A stretch of DNA of 64,000 bases. Source: Macrostomum lignano (Eukaryota). Position 1 is the stretch's first letter. Every line of letters begins with the position of its first letter. A program made the position numbers and the translations under genes. The notes beneath the pieces were generated by a model, which was not told the origin of the DNA, ran no database searches, and saw only the letters and a program-made list of their open reading frames with translations. Location: assembly GCA_002269645.1 (NCBI GenBank), contig NIVC01002859.1:70616-134615 (forward strand). The letters run 5' to 3'. Of the stretch, positions 37,496-49,238 are shown piece by piece.

Positions 37496-37714
37496 GTGAG
37501 TGTCCCAGCTCTCATTTCACTCTTGTTGCCATCACGTGCCCGGGGTAGGGGCTTTCAGTGAAACTCGGCAAGGATTTGCGGGCATATTTTCTCTTAAGTC
37601 TTCAAAAGTGCGACTGGCGGATTTCGGGACTGAGAATCCGCACCGCCATTAAATTGATTACTCCATCGCCTTCTCCTTATGCACGAACTTATGGCATCCG
37701 GATTAGCACTCCCC

Positions 37715-38275
37715 TTTTCTTTCACTTCATCCCTTTCTCCCCTTCCCTCCCCCTCTCCCCTTCCCTCTCTCTCTCCCCTTATCTCCCTCTCTCCCCTTAT
37801 CTCCCTCTCTCCCCTTTCTCTCCCCTTTCTCTCCCCTTTTCTCCCTCTCTCCCCTTCTCTCCCTCTCTCCCCTTCTCTCCCTCTCTCCCTTCTCTCCCTC
37901 TCTCCCCTTCTCTCCCTCTCTCCCCTTCTCTCCCTCTCTCCCCTTTCTCTCCTCTTATCTCCCTCTCTCCCCTTCTCTCCCTCTCTCACCTTATCTCCCT
38001 CTCTCTACTTCTTTCCATCTTCTCTGCCTCTCTCCCCTTATCTCCCTCTCTCCCCTTTCTCTCCCCTTCTCTCCCTCTCTCCCCTTCTCTCCCTCTCTCC
38101 CTTCTCTCCCTCTCTCCCCTTTCTCTCCCTCTCTCTACTTCTCTCCATCTCTCCATCTCTCCCATTCCCTTCCCCCTCCCCCTTTCTCTTTCTCTCCTTT
38201 CTCTCCCCTTCTCTGCATCTCTCCCCTTCTCACCAACTCTCCCCTTCTTTCCCTTCTTTCCTACTCCCATCCCTT
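37715..38275. repeat. ~18-bp polypyrimidine array (CTCTCCCCTTCTCTCCCT) in KIAA0513 intron 5
   Basis: Nearly pure C/T tandem array. Confidence 0.9.
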
Positions 38276-38324
38276 CGCAGTCGCCAATTACGCTGCAAAA
38301 TCGGCTCTCCCATCGCCTTTACAG

Positions 38325-38419
38325 CACCTTCATCAGCAACATGAAGTCGTTCGATCTGAGTCGAGAAATGATTAGAGAATTTGTTCGCAAGCAGTGCGAG
38401 TTCCTCCATCTGCCTTCAG
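38325..38419 (+). CDS. KIAA0513: KIAA0513-like exon 6
   Basis: tacag|C TFISNMKSFDLSREMIREFVRKQCEFLHLPS G|gtatg. Confidence 0.85.
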
Positions 38420-38528
38420 GTATGTTTGTGTTTTTCAAGCTTTTGACTCTCAATATATTTTTCAACTGCTCTTCAGATACGGAAAACCTCATTCAAAATT
38501 TTCGATAAAAAATTGCCTCATTTTGCAG

Positions 38529-38575
38529 ATCAGCGTAAGATGCTTTTACAGGCAGTCGATAAGAAGCCTCTTTAA
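38529..38575 (+). CDS. KIAA0513: KIAA0513-like terminal exon
   Basis: tgcag|DQRKMLLQAVDKKPL* (cf. EQYKLL). Full spliced CDS is 3294 nt, in frame (1097 aa). Confidence 0.7.
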
Positions 38576-38740
38576 GCGAAGCAAAGAAGCAAAGAAATGT
38601 CTGCAAAATTATATTAACTACTAGTTGTATTGCGAATGCCAATTTTTATCCTAATGCTATCCCAAAGTACAGGCACCGCTGTTCTGATACAGGCAGTCAT
38701 ATCAATGTGCAAATCATCATTTTGCTGGGCTGCGTTTCTC

Positions 38741-39177
38741 CAGCCAATCAGAATTCAGGAAACGGGAAGACCAACAACCAGCACCCCAGCAGCCAATTAG
38801 AATTTAGACGATGGGAAGGCCAACAAACCCACCAGAACCCCAGCAGCCAATCAGAATTCAGACGGTAAAAATGCCAACAACCCCGCCAGCAGCCAATTAG
38901 AATTCAGGCAATGAATAGGCTAACAACCCCACCAGCAGCCAATTAGAATTCAGACAATGAGAAGACCAACAACCCCACCAGCAGCCAATTAGAATTCAGA
39001 CAACGAGAAGACCAACAACCCCACCAGCAGCCAATTAGAATTTAGACAATGAGAAGGCCAACAACCCCAGCAGCAGCCAATCCGAATTCAGGCAATGAGA
39101 AGGCCAACAACCCCACCAGCAGCCAATCAGAATTCAGACAATGAGAAGACCAACAACCCCACCAGCAGCCAATCAAA
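38741..39177. repeat. 46-bp minisatellite containing CCAAT in each unit
   Basis: CCAACAACCCCACCAGCAGCCAATTAGAATTCAGACAATGAGAAGA, about 9 copies. Confidence 0.9.
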
Positions 39178-39958
39178 AGTCGGAGCAATGTACTCAGCAT
39201 AGAATTTTTTTCTGTGTCAGTTACCAAGCGACAGGCAGCAACCACCATGCTACCCGACCAGCAAGCACACTGATAACCAATGTTTATAATATATCATACG
39301 GATGCACCAGTAACAATCCCATCAATTACTCCTTACTGCAAGTTCAAGCCGCTCGTTGGTTAAAAAAACAAAAGTATTTAAGGCATGCAAAATTTTAGCA
39401 CATATTTATTATAGTAAATGCTTTCTATCTTGATATTCTTAAATAATAAGAGCAGTTTAAGCCCGTCAATAACACTTGCATAATACTGACATCACTCTAT
39501 TTATTGCTTCCACATTGGCCACGCCTGTTGATAAAGTTGGCCGCAGTTTCATAATAGTACTACATGTAATTTATGGTCATTGCATGACAAATCATACTCG
39601 TAAATCATTGAGAGAGCTTTTCGGCATCAATAACTTCTATCCTAGTTTGCAAAATTTATTTAAAACTGACTGCTGCCAGTAAGATGTTGTAAAGCCGTTT
39701 TCCTCGCAGCTTATCTCTCTCCACATTTAATCCTTTTTTATCTAGCTACCGCAGTTATTTTTGTTGCTAATTTTTCTACTGTTTAATAAATTTTGCGCAT
39801 GCGCCCGTACCATGCTAATTTCATAGGAATTGAGCGGGCCTTTTCAATTAATAATCCAGCTGACTTTTGGATTCCATCTGAGCCTTAGTGACAAAAAGTG
39901 TGCCATGTAAGCGAAACTAAACGATTCGTTGCTCTTTAATAAGTGCAAAATTTTCTGT

Positions 39959-40531
<573 letters not shown>

Positions 40532-42025
40532 GTCATTTATATTCGGCTTTGTTTCTGTCGTGCCGTAGCAATAAAGAGGACTCTTCGGTATAAGAGAGTG
40601 CTTAGTTGAGCACAAGAAAAGAAGCGCGACTTCAAGTGATGGCCAAACCGGCCTTTATATTATTGAGAAACCACCAACGGCACGTGCCCCTATAATATAG
40701 CGCAGTCAACCATTTCTTAACTTTAGCCTAGACACAACGTGCCGCGTGCACGCTACGTACATTGGCAATGAGTAAATATTGCCTACACAACGTAAGCCAG
40801 TGAAAGTCAATGAGCTGAGCCAGGCGGCGCCACAGTTTCATTATTCCACATTAAAGTCATGCCTGGTATCGAGCCCGGGCCCATTGCACGTATGTGAAAA
40901 AACCACAACAAAAAGACAGCGATGTGCTAGCAGCCTGACACGAGCACTACTCCACCATCTGTAAAAATCTGTAAATCCTAAATAATTTTTTCAAGTCTTG
41001 TGGTTTACTCAATTGAAAATACAACAAAATATAACTTTAGTTTGTTCCCATATACTGCAGAATGCAGACAGCTTTGATGCAGACAGTTAACTGTCAACTA
41101 GACCGCTCTGTTTTTAGACCAAAACGTACATGTACTTCAAGCTTCCTCGTATTCGTTTGCCTGACCGCTAGATTCATAACATTTAAACCCCTTAGGACAG
41201 ATAGTCTATGGCTTCCACCCCTCCGGCTCAGGATTTGACTCGAATTCGGCTGAAGGGACAGATCGATCGATAATATTAAAACATCTTTAGAGAAAAGTAG
41301 TCTATGGCTTTTCCCCCCCCACCCCCTAGGGTTGTTAAATAACAGTTTAAAAGAATTAGCCCCGCGCCCCCACTGACACGCCTCCATTGACTAAGCTGCA
41401 AAGGCATCCAAAAGGATTAGACATAAAACACCAGCCAAACTAATCGGTGAGTAAAGGACTTCTGGACTGTTATGTACCAATTATCTAGTGCTAATCATAT
41501 TGTCACAGCATCTCCGAGTGCTGCTCACATATACGCTCGTTATAGAAACTATAGCTACTCCTTACTCTCAAAACTATAGCTTCCAATTATATCTAACGGT
41601 AATTCAAATAATTTTTTCAAGCACTTTTGAAGCAAAGCAACTGTTTTACTTTTCAATCATGATTCATGGCAAATGGCAATTCTATAGAAGGCCATCAGGC
41701 GCGTAGCCAGGATTCACCTCAGAGGGGGGGGGCAGAGACATCAATCCATCTTTTTATTATATGACATGTAAAAAGGGCCATCCTATATAGAATCGTTCGT
41801 TAAATTATTTTTTCGCTTGAATTCGATTCCTTTCTATTATTTGTGTCTAAAATATGAAACAAGTAAACGAATTAAGTTTAACATGTACTGGCAGCTAAAT
41901 TGTTTGTTATAATCAATTGCCACAAACATCACGACACGAGGGTACTATTTGACCGTTAAACAGGGTAATAGTGTGCAACCCAGAAAAGTAAGTTGCCAAA
42001 AACTTTGTGGAAACAGCCGCCTTCA

Positions 42026-43029
42026 GGGGGGTGTTGCATAGAATCGATAAGTCGAAGTTTACAAGTGACAAGTTGACAAGTTACAAGTAAACCGTGAAGT
42101 CCGTTGCATAGACGCTTTACAAACAAGCATTTGACAATTGACAAGTTACAAGTTACAAGTCCCGTTACGAGTGGTTCGTTGCATAGAATGTATAAGTTGA
42201 CAAGTTTTTCTGCTATTCGCGAGTGACAAGTTGCGTAGTAAACTCTGACCCCTCAAGCTTACTTAAAACTTACAAGCTGTCAAAGTCGTTGGCCCAAGTT
42301 TGACTGACTCAGCGTTATGTTCTATGACGAGTTGTCCGATGAGGATTCCGACGCATCTGCGCCCGGCAAAAAGCGACCGCGTACATTCAAGGACGGGATC
42401 AACTTTGACCTCGATGTGGCCTATGGTGATCATCAATCTAGGTTTCGACTTCGCGAGGAACACATTGACGAGCTTTGCACCCTAATTGGAGCTGACCTCG
42501 AACATTCAACGGGTTTTAACTTCGCCCTGACCCCGTTGCAGCAGATCCGAGTTGCGCTCCGTTATCTCGCCACAGGGGCGAATTTCTCTGCGATTGGCGA
42601 CGCTCATGGTGTGCACAAGTCAACTGTGAGTAAGGCTCTGCATCGTTTTGTCTCTTTTCCAAACCTGGTGAAGTTGCCGGAAGATCAAGCCCAGATGCTG
42701 CAGTTGACACACGAGTTCCGAGACAGATGCCATGTGTTGTCGGCTGCATTGACGGCACGCACGTCAGGATACGCAAGCCACACGAGAACCCGGACCAGTT
42801 CATCAACCGTCACGGCTACGCGTCGATCAACGCCATGCTTACTTGCGAATGCGATGCTCGCTACCGTTTTCTGTACGTGTCGGCCAAATGTCCGGGTGCC
42901 GTCAACGACGCCCGGGTGTTTCGTATGAGCTCACTTCAAGATCTGCTTGCCGCGGGTTGGCGCCCGTTCCCCAACGGATATCTCCTCGGTGAGAGCGGCT
43001 ACCCGAATAGAAACTATATACTGTTGTGA
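42026..43029 (+). mobile_element. Truncated PIF/Harbinger element (5' end + frameshifted HARBI1-type transposase)
   Basis: Putative TIR GGGGGGTGTTGCATAGAATC and GACAAGTTACAAGT subterminal repeats. Motifs ALRYLATG, VHKSTVS, GCIDGTHV, KCPGAVNDARVF, GESGY; truncated shortly after GESGY. Confidence 0.85.
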
Positions 43030-43379
43030 GCCCCGTCCTCCGGAGCAACGCCTACAGCTTTAACCTGTCGGGAAGCTGCGACCCCCAGGTTCCCAGTCAG
43101 AGCTCCCGTCCCGCGCCCTAGGGAGAAGCAGAAAAAGGACAGTAACTCGCGAACACGAACTTACACACCGTAGCCGATGCAGTTCACCGTGCACTTTTTA
43201 TGGTAGATCGATGAGTCGTTTTAGTCAATAGCCAACGGAGGCGGACCAACGCGCGCAAGGGAGGAGTCTGCCCTCCAGACAGCGACTATATATTTTTCAT
43301 TGGTCCTACGCGTACATGAATATAACTTAAGAACAAATGTACGGTACAGCAGGGGAGGTGGGGCGGGGTGGCGTGATCG

Positions 43380-43483
43380 GCGTACGCATTGATTATTGAT
43401 TGGAGGGGTGGGGCAGACTGGAGGGTTGGGGCGGGGCAGGAGGGCGAGAAAGGGCACGATTGCACAACATCCTCCCCTCCTTA
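43380..43483 (-). mobile_element. Gypsy-type polypurine tract / 3' LTR start
   Basis: Minus strand TTAAGGAGGGGAGGA|TGTTGTG; the left boundary is approximate. Confidence 0.5.
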
Positions 43484-44364
43484 AAAAAGGCGAGTCACAA
43501 GAACAAAGACTGAATGGAGACAAAGACAGGATTCGATGAGTTGGACAGATACGACGGCGCAATGAGGATAAACGCGAATAATTTATAGCACGACAACGAG
43601 ATTTATGACGGACAGTCTTAGCGTTAGCAACATTCGAATAATGAAAACACGAGTGACGCATATGAAAAATGTACGAGTGTTGAGGAAACGCATTTTGGAC
43701 GATAAATGTTAGAGAAATAAACGCGAAAAATAAAAAAGCAAGAACTTCAGGGTGACAACCGCAACGAAACGAATAAATTGCACCACTGTCTACCGATGTT
43801 ACTTTAACGTTGAAAACTTTCTTGCGACGTAAACGTAAAACAACAGTTTAATAATGTCAAATTGTCAATTGAAAAAAAAACTTGAACCAAAAGGCATGAT
43901 GAAAAATACACTAAAATGAAGTAAATCAGGCCGAATGGGCTGCGCCGGACTCCTGCTCGACTCCAACACGACGGACACCCGACGATTCGCGAGCCGACTC
44001 GACGATTGGTACTCTGGCACCCGAAGTCGCTTGCTGACGCCGAAAACCGGTGATGTCGCTAGGCCTTGGTCATCGCTGTCTGCCACCGTGGCTGCTGAAC
44101 CTCCTTCGTCGGGCTGCACATGCCTCGCCAGCAGAAGTCCTTGTACCGCGACTCTCGGTCGTACTGGAGATGTCCTGAGCGTTGTCACTGGCGCCGCTGA
44201 TGCCTGCTGGAGCTTGCCTGACACCACCGCGATCCCGTCGACTTGTGCCATCCAGCCTCCGGCCGACTTGCTGACGCCGCATCCGCACTCTTGCGGCTCT
44301 TCGCTCACAACAACAACAGCACGTTGCCCCTTCCGTTTTCTGCGCCTTTGCTTCGGCGGTCATG

Positions 44365-44600
44365 CAGTCGTGCAGCACAGCCTGCAACAGTGCGAGCAGC
44401 CGCTCATTGACGCTCTTGCTGAGGCTCAAGCGGGACTCAAGCTCCTTGTCAATGAAGTAAACCTGCCAGCCGTGAGGCAGATCCCTGGCGATTTTCCTTC
44501 AGCGATGTGAGGTGCAGAACGGAACAGAACGGCTCCCCCTTCCAGAGCAAGGCGTGGCAGTGCTGGCATGGCTTGCTCATGCGGCCGAGCTGATGAGCCT
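44365..44600 (-). pseudogene. Helitron RepHel N-terminal fragments
   Basis: LGRMSKPCQHCHALLWKGEPF (Zn-finger-like) and QVYFID...ERLLALLQAVLHD in different frames. Confidence 0.6.
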
Positions 44601-44740
44601 GGGGTTCCGGCATGGCTGAGGCATCGGCTCTCTGGAGGACGGATAAACTCTTTGTTTGATACCAGAATAGACAAAATAAATTAACGATAGGGTTTGAAAT
44701 GATGTACAGTTCGGCATACCCAGCATCATCATCGGAAAAC

Positions 44741-44966
44741 TTAGCAGCTGGGGTGGCAGGCAATGGACCGATACGCCGAGGAAATATCAACTTTGGCCAT
44801 GAAGTGACCTGGCCGAAGAAGACGCACGAAATCCTCGACAGACGCAAAACGCAGCTTGCGGTCGGCGGTGAAACAGTCGTTGAGAGACGCATTATGCGGG
44901 ACGGAGCAGTCGTGAATGAGTCTGACGCCACCAGAAGATTTGCGAATAGCCCCAAGCGGGCTCACC
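44741..44966 (-). pseudogene. DIRS/Ngaro-type reverse transcriptase fragment
   Basis: VSPLGAIRKSSGGVRLIHDCS...SLND...MAKVDISSAYRSI. Confidence 0.85.
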
Positions 44967-45787
44967 AAGGTTTAAGAGAGCTGAGTAGAAAGACAGCAGA
45001 TTTGATTGCTTGCATCTTTCATTTACGCAAACAAAATCGAAATGGCTGACGCAGAGCCAACTACAATGGCAGAAGTTCTGCCTCCTCTATTTAACTACGG
45101 AGCTATGCCGAATGGTGAGATTTCAGGAGTAACATCCGGCGAGTTCGACTTGATTTGCACGTCATTCGATCATGCCCAAGGTCATTAGACAGTCGAGATG
45201 CAGCGAACCGCTATAGATTCTCCGAGAAAAGCTGCTAGAGGCTTTCGCCATCTTCTTGAGTTTATGAAGAGCGTCAGTGAGAAAGCAGGCGGCCTTACTA
45301 AGGTGTACACCGACCGCTGCATATGGTAGGTAGTTTGACCTGTCCACCATATTCATGTGTCTCTGTGAACACATTTGAATCTAGACAAATCAGTTGCCAA
45401 CTTTTCTTAAACTGCAGAGTAACTAGAGCGTGCCACCTGGATGCCTGTGGCCAGACTATCCAGGAGATCTTGCTCATCACTGGGCGAAAGTGTGAGCGAA
45501 CTGTTAAGCGCTACTTATCGAGGCGACGTGATCGCAGTTTGTATAGGGCATCTCTGGCTGTGGATCAGGCGCTGAATCATACAGTTTCCGAAACTAATGT
45601 CAATAAGATCGTTAAGCTAGCTCGTCCAAAATCCAATCACAATAAGCGAGGCTACGATGGAGGAATGTGCGGATGTTTATCAAGAGCCTATCCAGACCGA
45701 CGGCGCACTACGTGTGCAGGCTGCTCCGTCAAAGAAGATGAAAGTGACCATTGGCGGCAGTCGCAATCTGATCGATATTCTTTTTGA
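44967..45787 (+). pseudogene. Crypton-like tyrosine recombinase relic with a 92-bp intron (45326-45417); also at 50598, 56228, 61861
   Basis: FMKSVSEKAGGLTKVYTDRCI tg|gtagg...ctgcag|a VTRACHL...ITGRKCERTVKRY (cf. YTNHCLR...TGH...Y). The upstream EPTT...SGEF segment resembles the N-terminal part. Confidence 0.7.
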
Positions 45788-46255
45788 GTGACGTTTCTGT
45801 GTAGGCCTGGTATTAACTGATTAACATACGATTTCTTTGTTGAACAGTTTTTGATGTTTTTCTAACATAAAAAAATAAAATTTACCCTTTGTTATTGTTT
45901 AAATTGCGTTGCGTGTTAATGTCCAAAATGACATTAACACGCATCCCACGCGCGTGTTATTGTCACCAAAAGTGCATAGCAATGGTCTATGGCCGATCTT
46001 ACAGTTGTATCTAAGTGAGAATATAGCTCGATCGGTATTAAAAATACCTATAAAAATACTTTTATAGGTACTAAGTATAAATAAAGTGTTAATCTCCGAC
46101 TTCTTCGATACGTAACACTGGCGACGATTCCGATAGAACCCCTAGAAACAGATGGAGTGACCCGATGGCTCCAACGCTTCGATGCTACCGTGAAAGTAAA
46201 AAAATGGGCGGAGGATTTGCTAAAGTACGCGTTTGGTTTCCTTTTTGGTTTGGTT

Positions 46256-46960
46256 TGGCGGAACGTTTCGTGCGGACAATTAAGGAGGCCATCAAAGCAA
46301 ACGGACTCAGTCAAGCAGTTATCGATCGCTACCTGTTGTTCTATCGAGCATCTGGTGGGAAGAGCAGAGCATCACCCGCAGAACTGCTGTTCGGCAGAAA
46401 GATCCGAGCACCACTGCTCTCCAATAGGCCAACCTGGGTACCCGGCGAGCATCTAATCTACAAAACCGACCGACGGGCTCAAGAAGCTTCACTAGTTTGC
46501 CCAACGGGTTCAAACATGGCCACTATCAAGGTGGGGCCCGATCTGTACAAGAAGGCCCACCTGGATCAACTCCAGAGGCATAGTCCCATGCAAGTCGATA
46601 GTGAAGCAGCAGAGATCAACACCGAGGCTGACGCAGACCAAGCCGCCGGGGCGCGAGCGTCGGACAGCAGTCAGAACGTCAGCAGAAGCTCCTGTGTCAT
46701 TTCTGAAGACTTACAGCCGCTACCACCACCCCCCGAGGACTGCGGAACACAGCCCTCACAGCAGCATCAACAGCTGCTGACGCCTGGTCGGCTGGAACTG
46801 ACGCCTGAGGAGTTGGGCCCCAGGAGAAGTCGCCGTCTGTGTGGGAAGTCCCGCGTCAACTACAAGGTTAGAATGTGCAAGTTCATTTTGTAAAAGAAGG
46901 GAGGTGTTGCATACTAGCCTTAAGTATAGAGGCAGAGTTTTATTTATTATTATTGCTACG
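46256..46960 (+). pseudogene. Ty3/Gypsy integrase C-terminal fragment + PPT + LTR start (all four copies)
   Basis: AERFVRTIK...YR...SPAELLFGRKIR...RRSRR; PPT AAAAGAAGGGAGG (46892-46904) then TGT. Confidence 0.88.
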
Positions 46961-47169
46961 TACGAATAGCCATGTCGAGCCATAGACTCTAATGAAAAGC
47001 TATGGCTACAGGTCGTGAAGCAATCCAAGTCGATGAGCTTGGGGATAATAAAACGAGAAAGATCAGAGCTGATCATATTTAAGACGAGCCAGACTCGCAT
47101 ACCATCGCTACAATCATCGTGTGTGGCTTCTTCAAGACATAACACTGCGAGATATGCTCTTGCAACCAC

Positions 47170-47782
47170 AGAGTCATTCCTTTGCCCGACATGGTGATAT
47201 CCTCGCTCTGAAGCTGGTTGACAGGCGAAGCTCAGGAACAAAGACTGTCTATCTGTTGGACTCCTCTTCAACAGCTGCCAGCTCTTTAGTTAGCCGGGTA
47301 CTACGCGGTGGTGTGGAGCAGCAGCTGCTGAAGCCCAACTCGGTGTTGCAATATAATCAGAACATGGGAGGTGTGGATCAGATGCAGCCGAGCCTTACAT
47401 CCGCATGTCGCCGAACACATAAATGGTTCGTAAAGCTGGCGGTGTTTCTGCTACAGCAACTGTTTCGCAACTCATGGATTGTGTACCGACATCTAGGTGG
47501 ATCCATGAGCTTTCTCAACTACACTGAAAGGTGTGTAAAGCACTTGATTGAAAGCAGTGGGAATGGTCGATCCAGAGTTAAGCGTCAGGCTCTTCAAGCG
47601 ACATCCATCACCGGCTGGAAAAGCTACCCGCTACCGCGGCACAAGAACGGCCTACCAAGCGTTGCCGAGTTTGTTACCAGCGCAGACTGAAAAAGCGGAC
47701 CGTCTACTTCAGCCAAGGCTGTGACGGTCAGCCTGGGCTTTGCCTGGAGCCGTGTTTCTTTGAGTGGCACTCGACTAACTGA
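47170..47782 (+). pseudogene. piggyBac transposase C-terminal fragment (also 52801-53413, 58431-59043)
   Basis: KPNSVLQYNQNMGGVDQ...RRTHKWFVKL, then a frameshift to the Cys-rich KRCRVCY...GLCLEPCFFEWH*. Confidence 0.9.
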
Positions 47783-47913
47783 TTGCTGGCGTTTTGCTGA
47801 AACTGTAATCGAACTGCTGCTAACATTCTTTTTATTCACTTACATGCAGCTTCATTTGCCCATGAAGGCAACAGAGAGTGCTCGAAGCGATGCAGGCAAA
47901 ATAACTCAGTACT

Positions 47914-48294
47914 GTGGATATTGTTGACCTGACAAGCCAAATCGGACAAGTAAAGGACTTCGTTGCAGGTCAGGCTTCAGTCGTAAAGTCCGCAGGCAGC
48001 CTGTCTACGACCACTTCAAGCGGTGCTTGCGAGTCGCATGCTGAAATCCACCACGGTGACCACAAGCACCAAAGCTCGCATCACTATTGTCGCTACTGTG
48101 GAAAGACCCACGCCGCTGGAAAATGCTCGGCCTTCCGACAGCGGTGCTGCAAATCTAGCAAGCTCGACCATTTCGCTTTCGTATGTCGTTCCACCCGATC
48201 AAAGCCCGTGCACAATGTGGAAGGGACATGGTCCGACACCACTGAGAGACCAAGCAACGACAAGAGCACCGATATTCTACATCGATGTGGATAA
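47914..48294 (+). pseudogene. Gypsy gag zinc-knuckle fragment (also 53545-53925, 59175-59555)
   Basis: CRYCGKTHAAGKCSAFRQRCCKSSKLDHFAFVCRS. Confidence 0.8.
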
Positions 48295-48299
48295 CGTGC

Positions 48300-49031
48300 T
48301 GCAAGTACCTGGTAGTCCAAGAGACTTTTTGGCTCACTATCGGTGTCGTGAGACGCTAGCTGTCCGGATTGCAGCATGGCATACATGATTTTAGCATTGG
48401 CAGAAATCCATTGGCCGACTGTCACAGAGTCTACAGATTTTGGTCTACCGCTCTTGAGATTCTGCTTAGCTGTCTCACCCTGCGCAAGAAGCTCGTCAAC
48501 CTGGCCAGGGGCATCAATGAAGTCGCAAATACGGAGCAGCCGCCCGGATGTAACTCTAGCGTTGCTGGGAGCAAAAATAGCAGCATCAAGTTCACCATCA
48601 TTGGACCACCTATCAGACTCAGCGCAAGCAGACTGGCTCAAAAATTCTGGTAGCTTACCGCGATTATCTGGTGCCTTATCCACCGACCGTCGCAGCTCCG
48701 CCTCTTCTTTCTGCAGCCTTAGCAGTTCAATGCGCCGTCGGGTGAGCTCGATCTCCTCATCCAGAGCCGCGCCACCCAAAGAGGTGCCACCCCCCTTGGA
48801 CCGCCGGCTGCTCCCTCCATCGGACGAGCCGTCAGAATCCCTCGGTGGCTCCCTGTGGGAAGTCCTGTTCGCGGCGTCAGCAGCTAGACGCTCGTTGAGA
48901 ATCGCGTCGCACAGACGAGTACGTAGGGCAGCCTTGCTACCTTTTGCTGGCAATTTGCGCGCTTGCAATGCCGTCTTTAGTTGAGGCACGCTCAGATCGG
49001 TGACTGATTGCAGCTGACTAGAGGTGGCCAT
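48300..49031 (-). pseudogene. SAP-domain DIRS/Ngaro-type gag (ORF1), 3'-truncated (frameshifted in copy 2)
   Basis: LSVPQLKTALQARKLPAKGSKAALRTRL (SAP); LRICDFI...VTVGQWISANAKIM...LLDY. Confidence 0.7.
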
Positions 49032-49238
49032 ATTGATTGTGGCTAAGAAAAAAAATCTGAGCAAACACGAACGCACGGCGAACAAGCGGAGGACCGGACT
49101 AAATATGAAATCAAGCTAGCACCCCGCGACCCCCGCCCCCCGCAGCACACGCCACCCCGCATGCACCCGCCCCAGCCAAGCGAGCCCCTCCCCCGCAGTT
49201 TAAACGCCCTTACCACCAACACAGTGGCAAGGGTAACA

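Noticed and set aside
45162-45374. Minus-strand 70-aa ORF as a separate transposase fragment
   Set aside because: The plus strand of the same bases gives a better match to the Crypton YR motif with a matching intron.
44967-48294. Mosaic formed by retroposition of TE mRNA 3' ends
   Set aside because: There are no poly(A) tails and the Crypton piece retains an intron.
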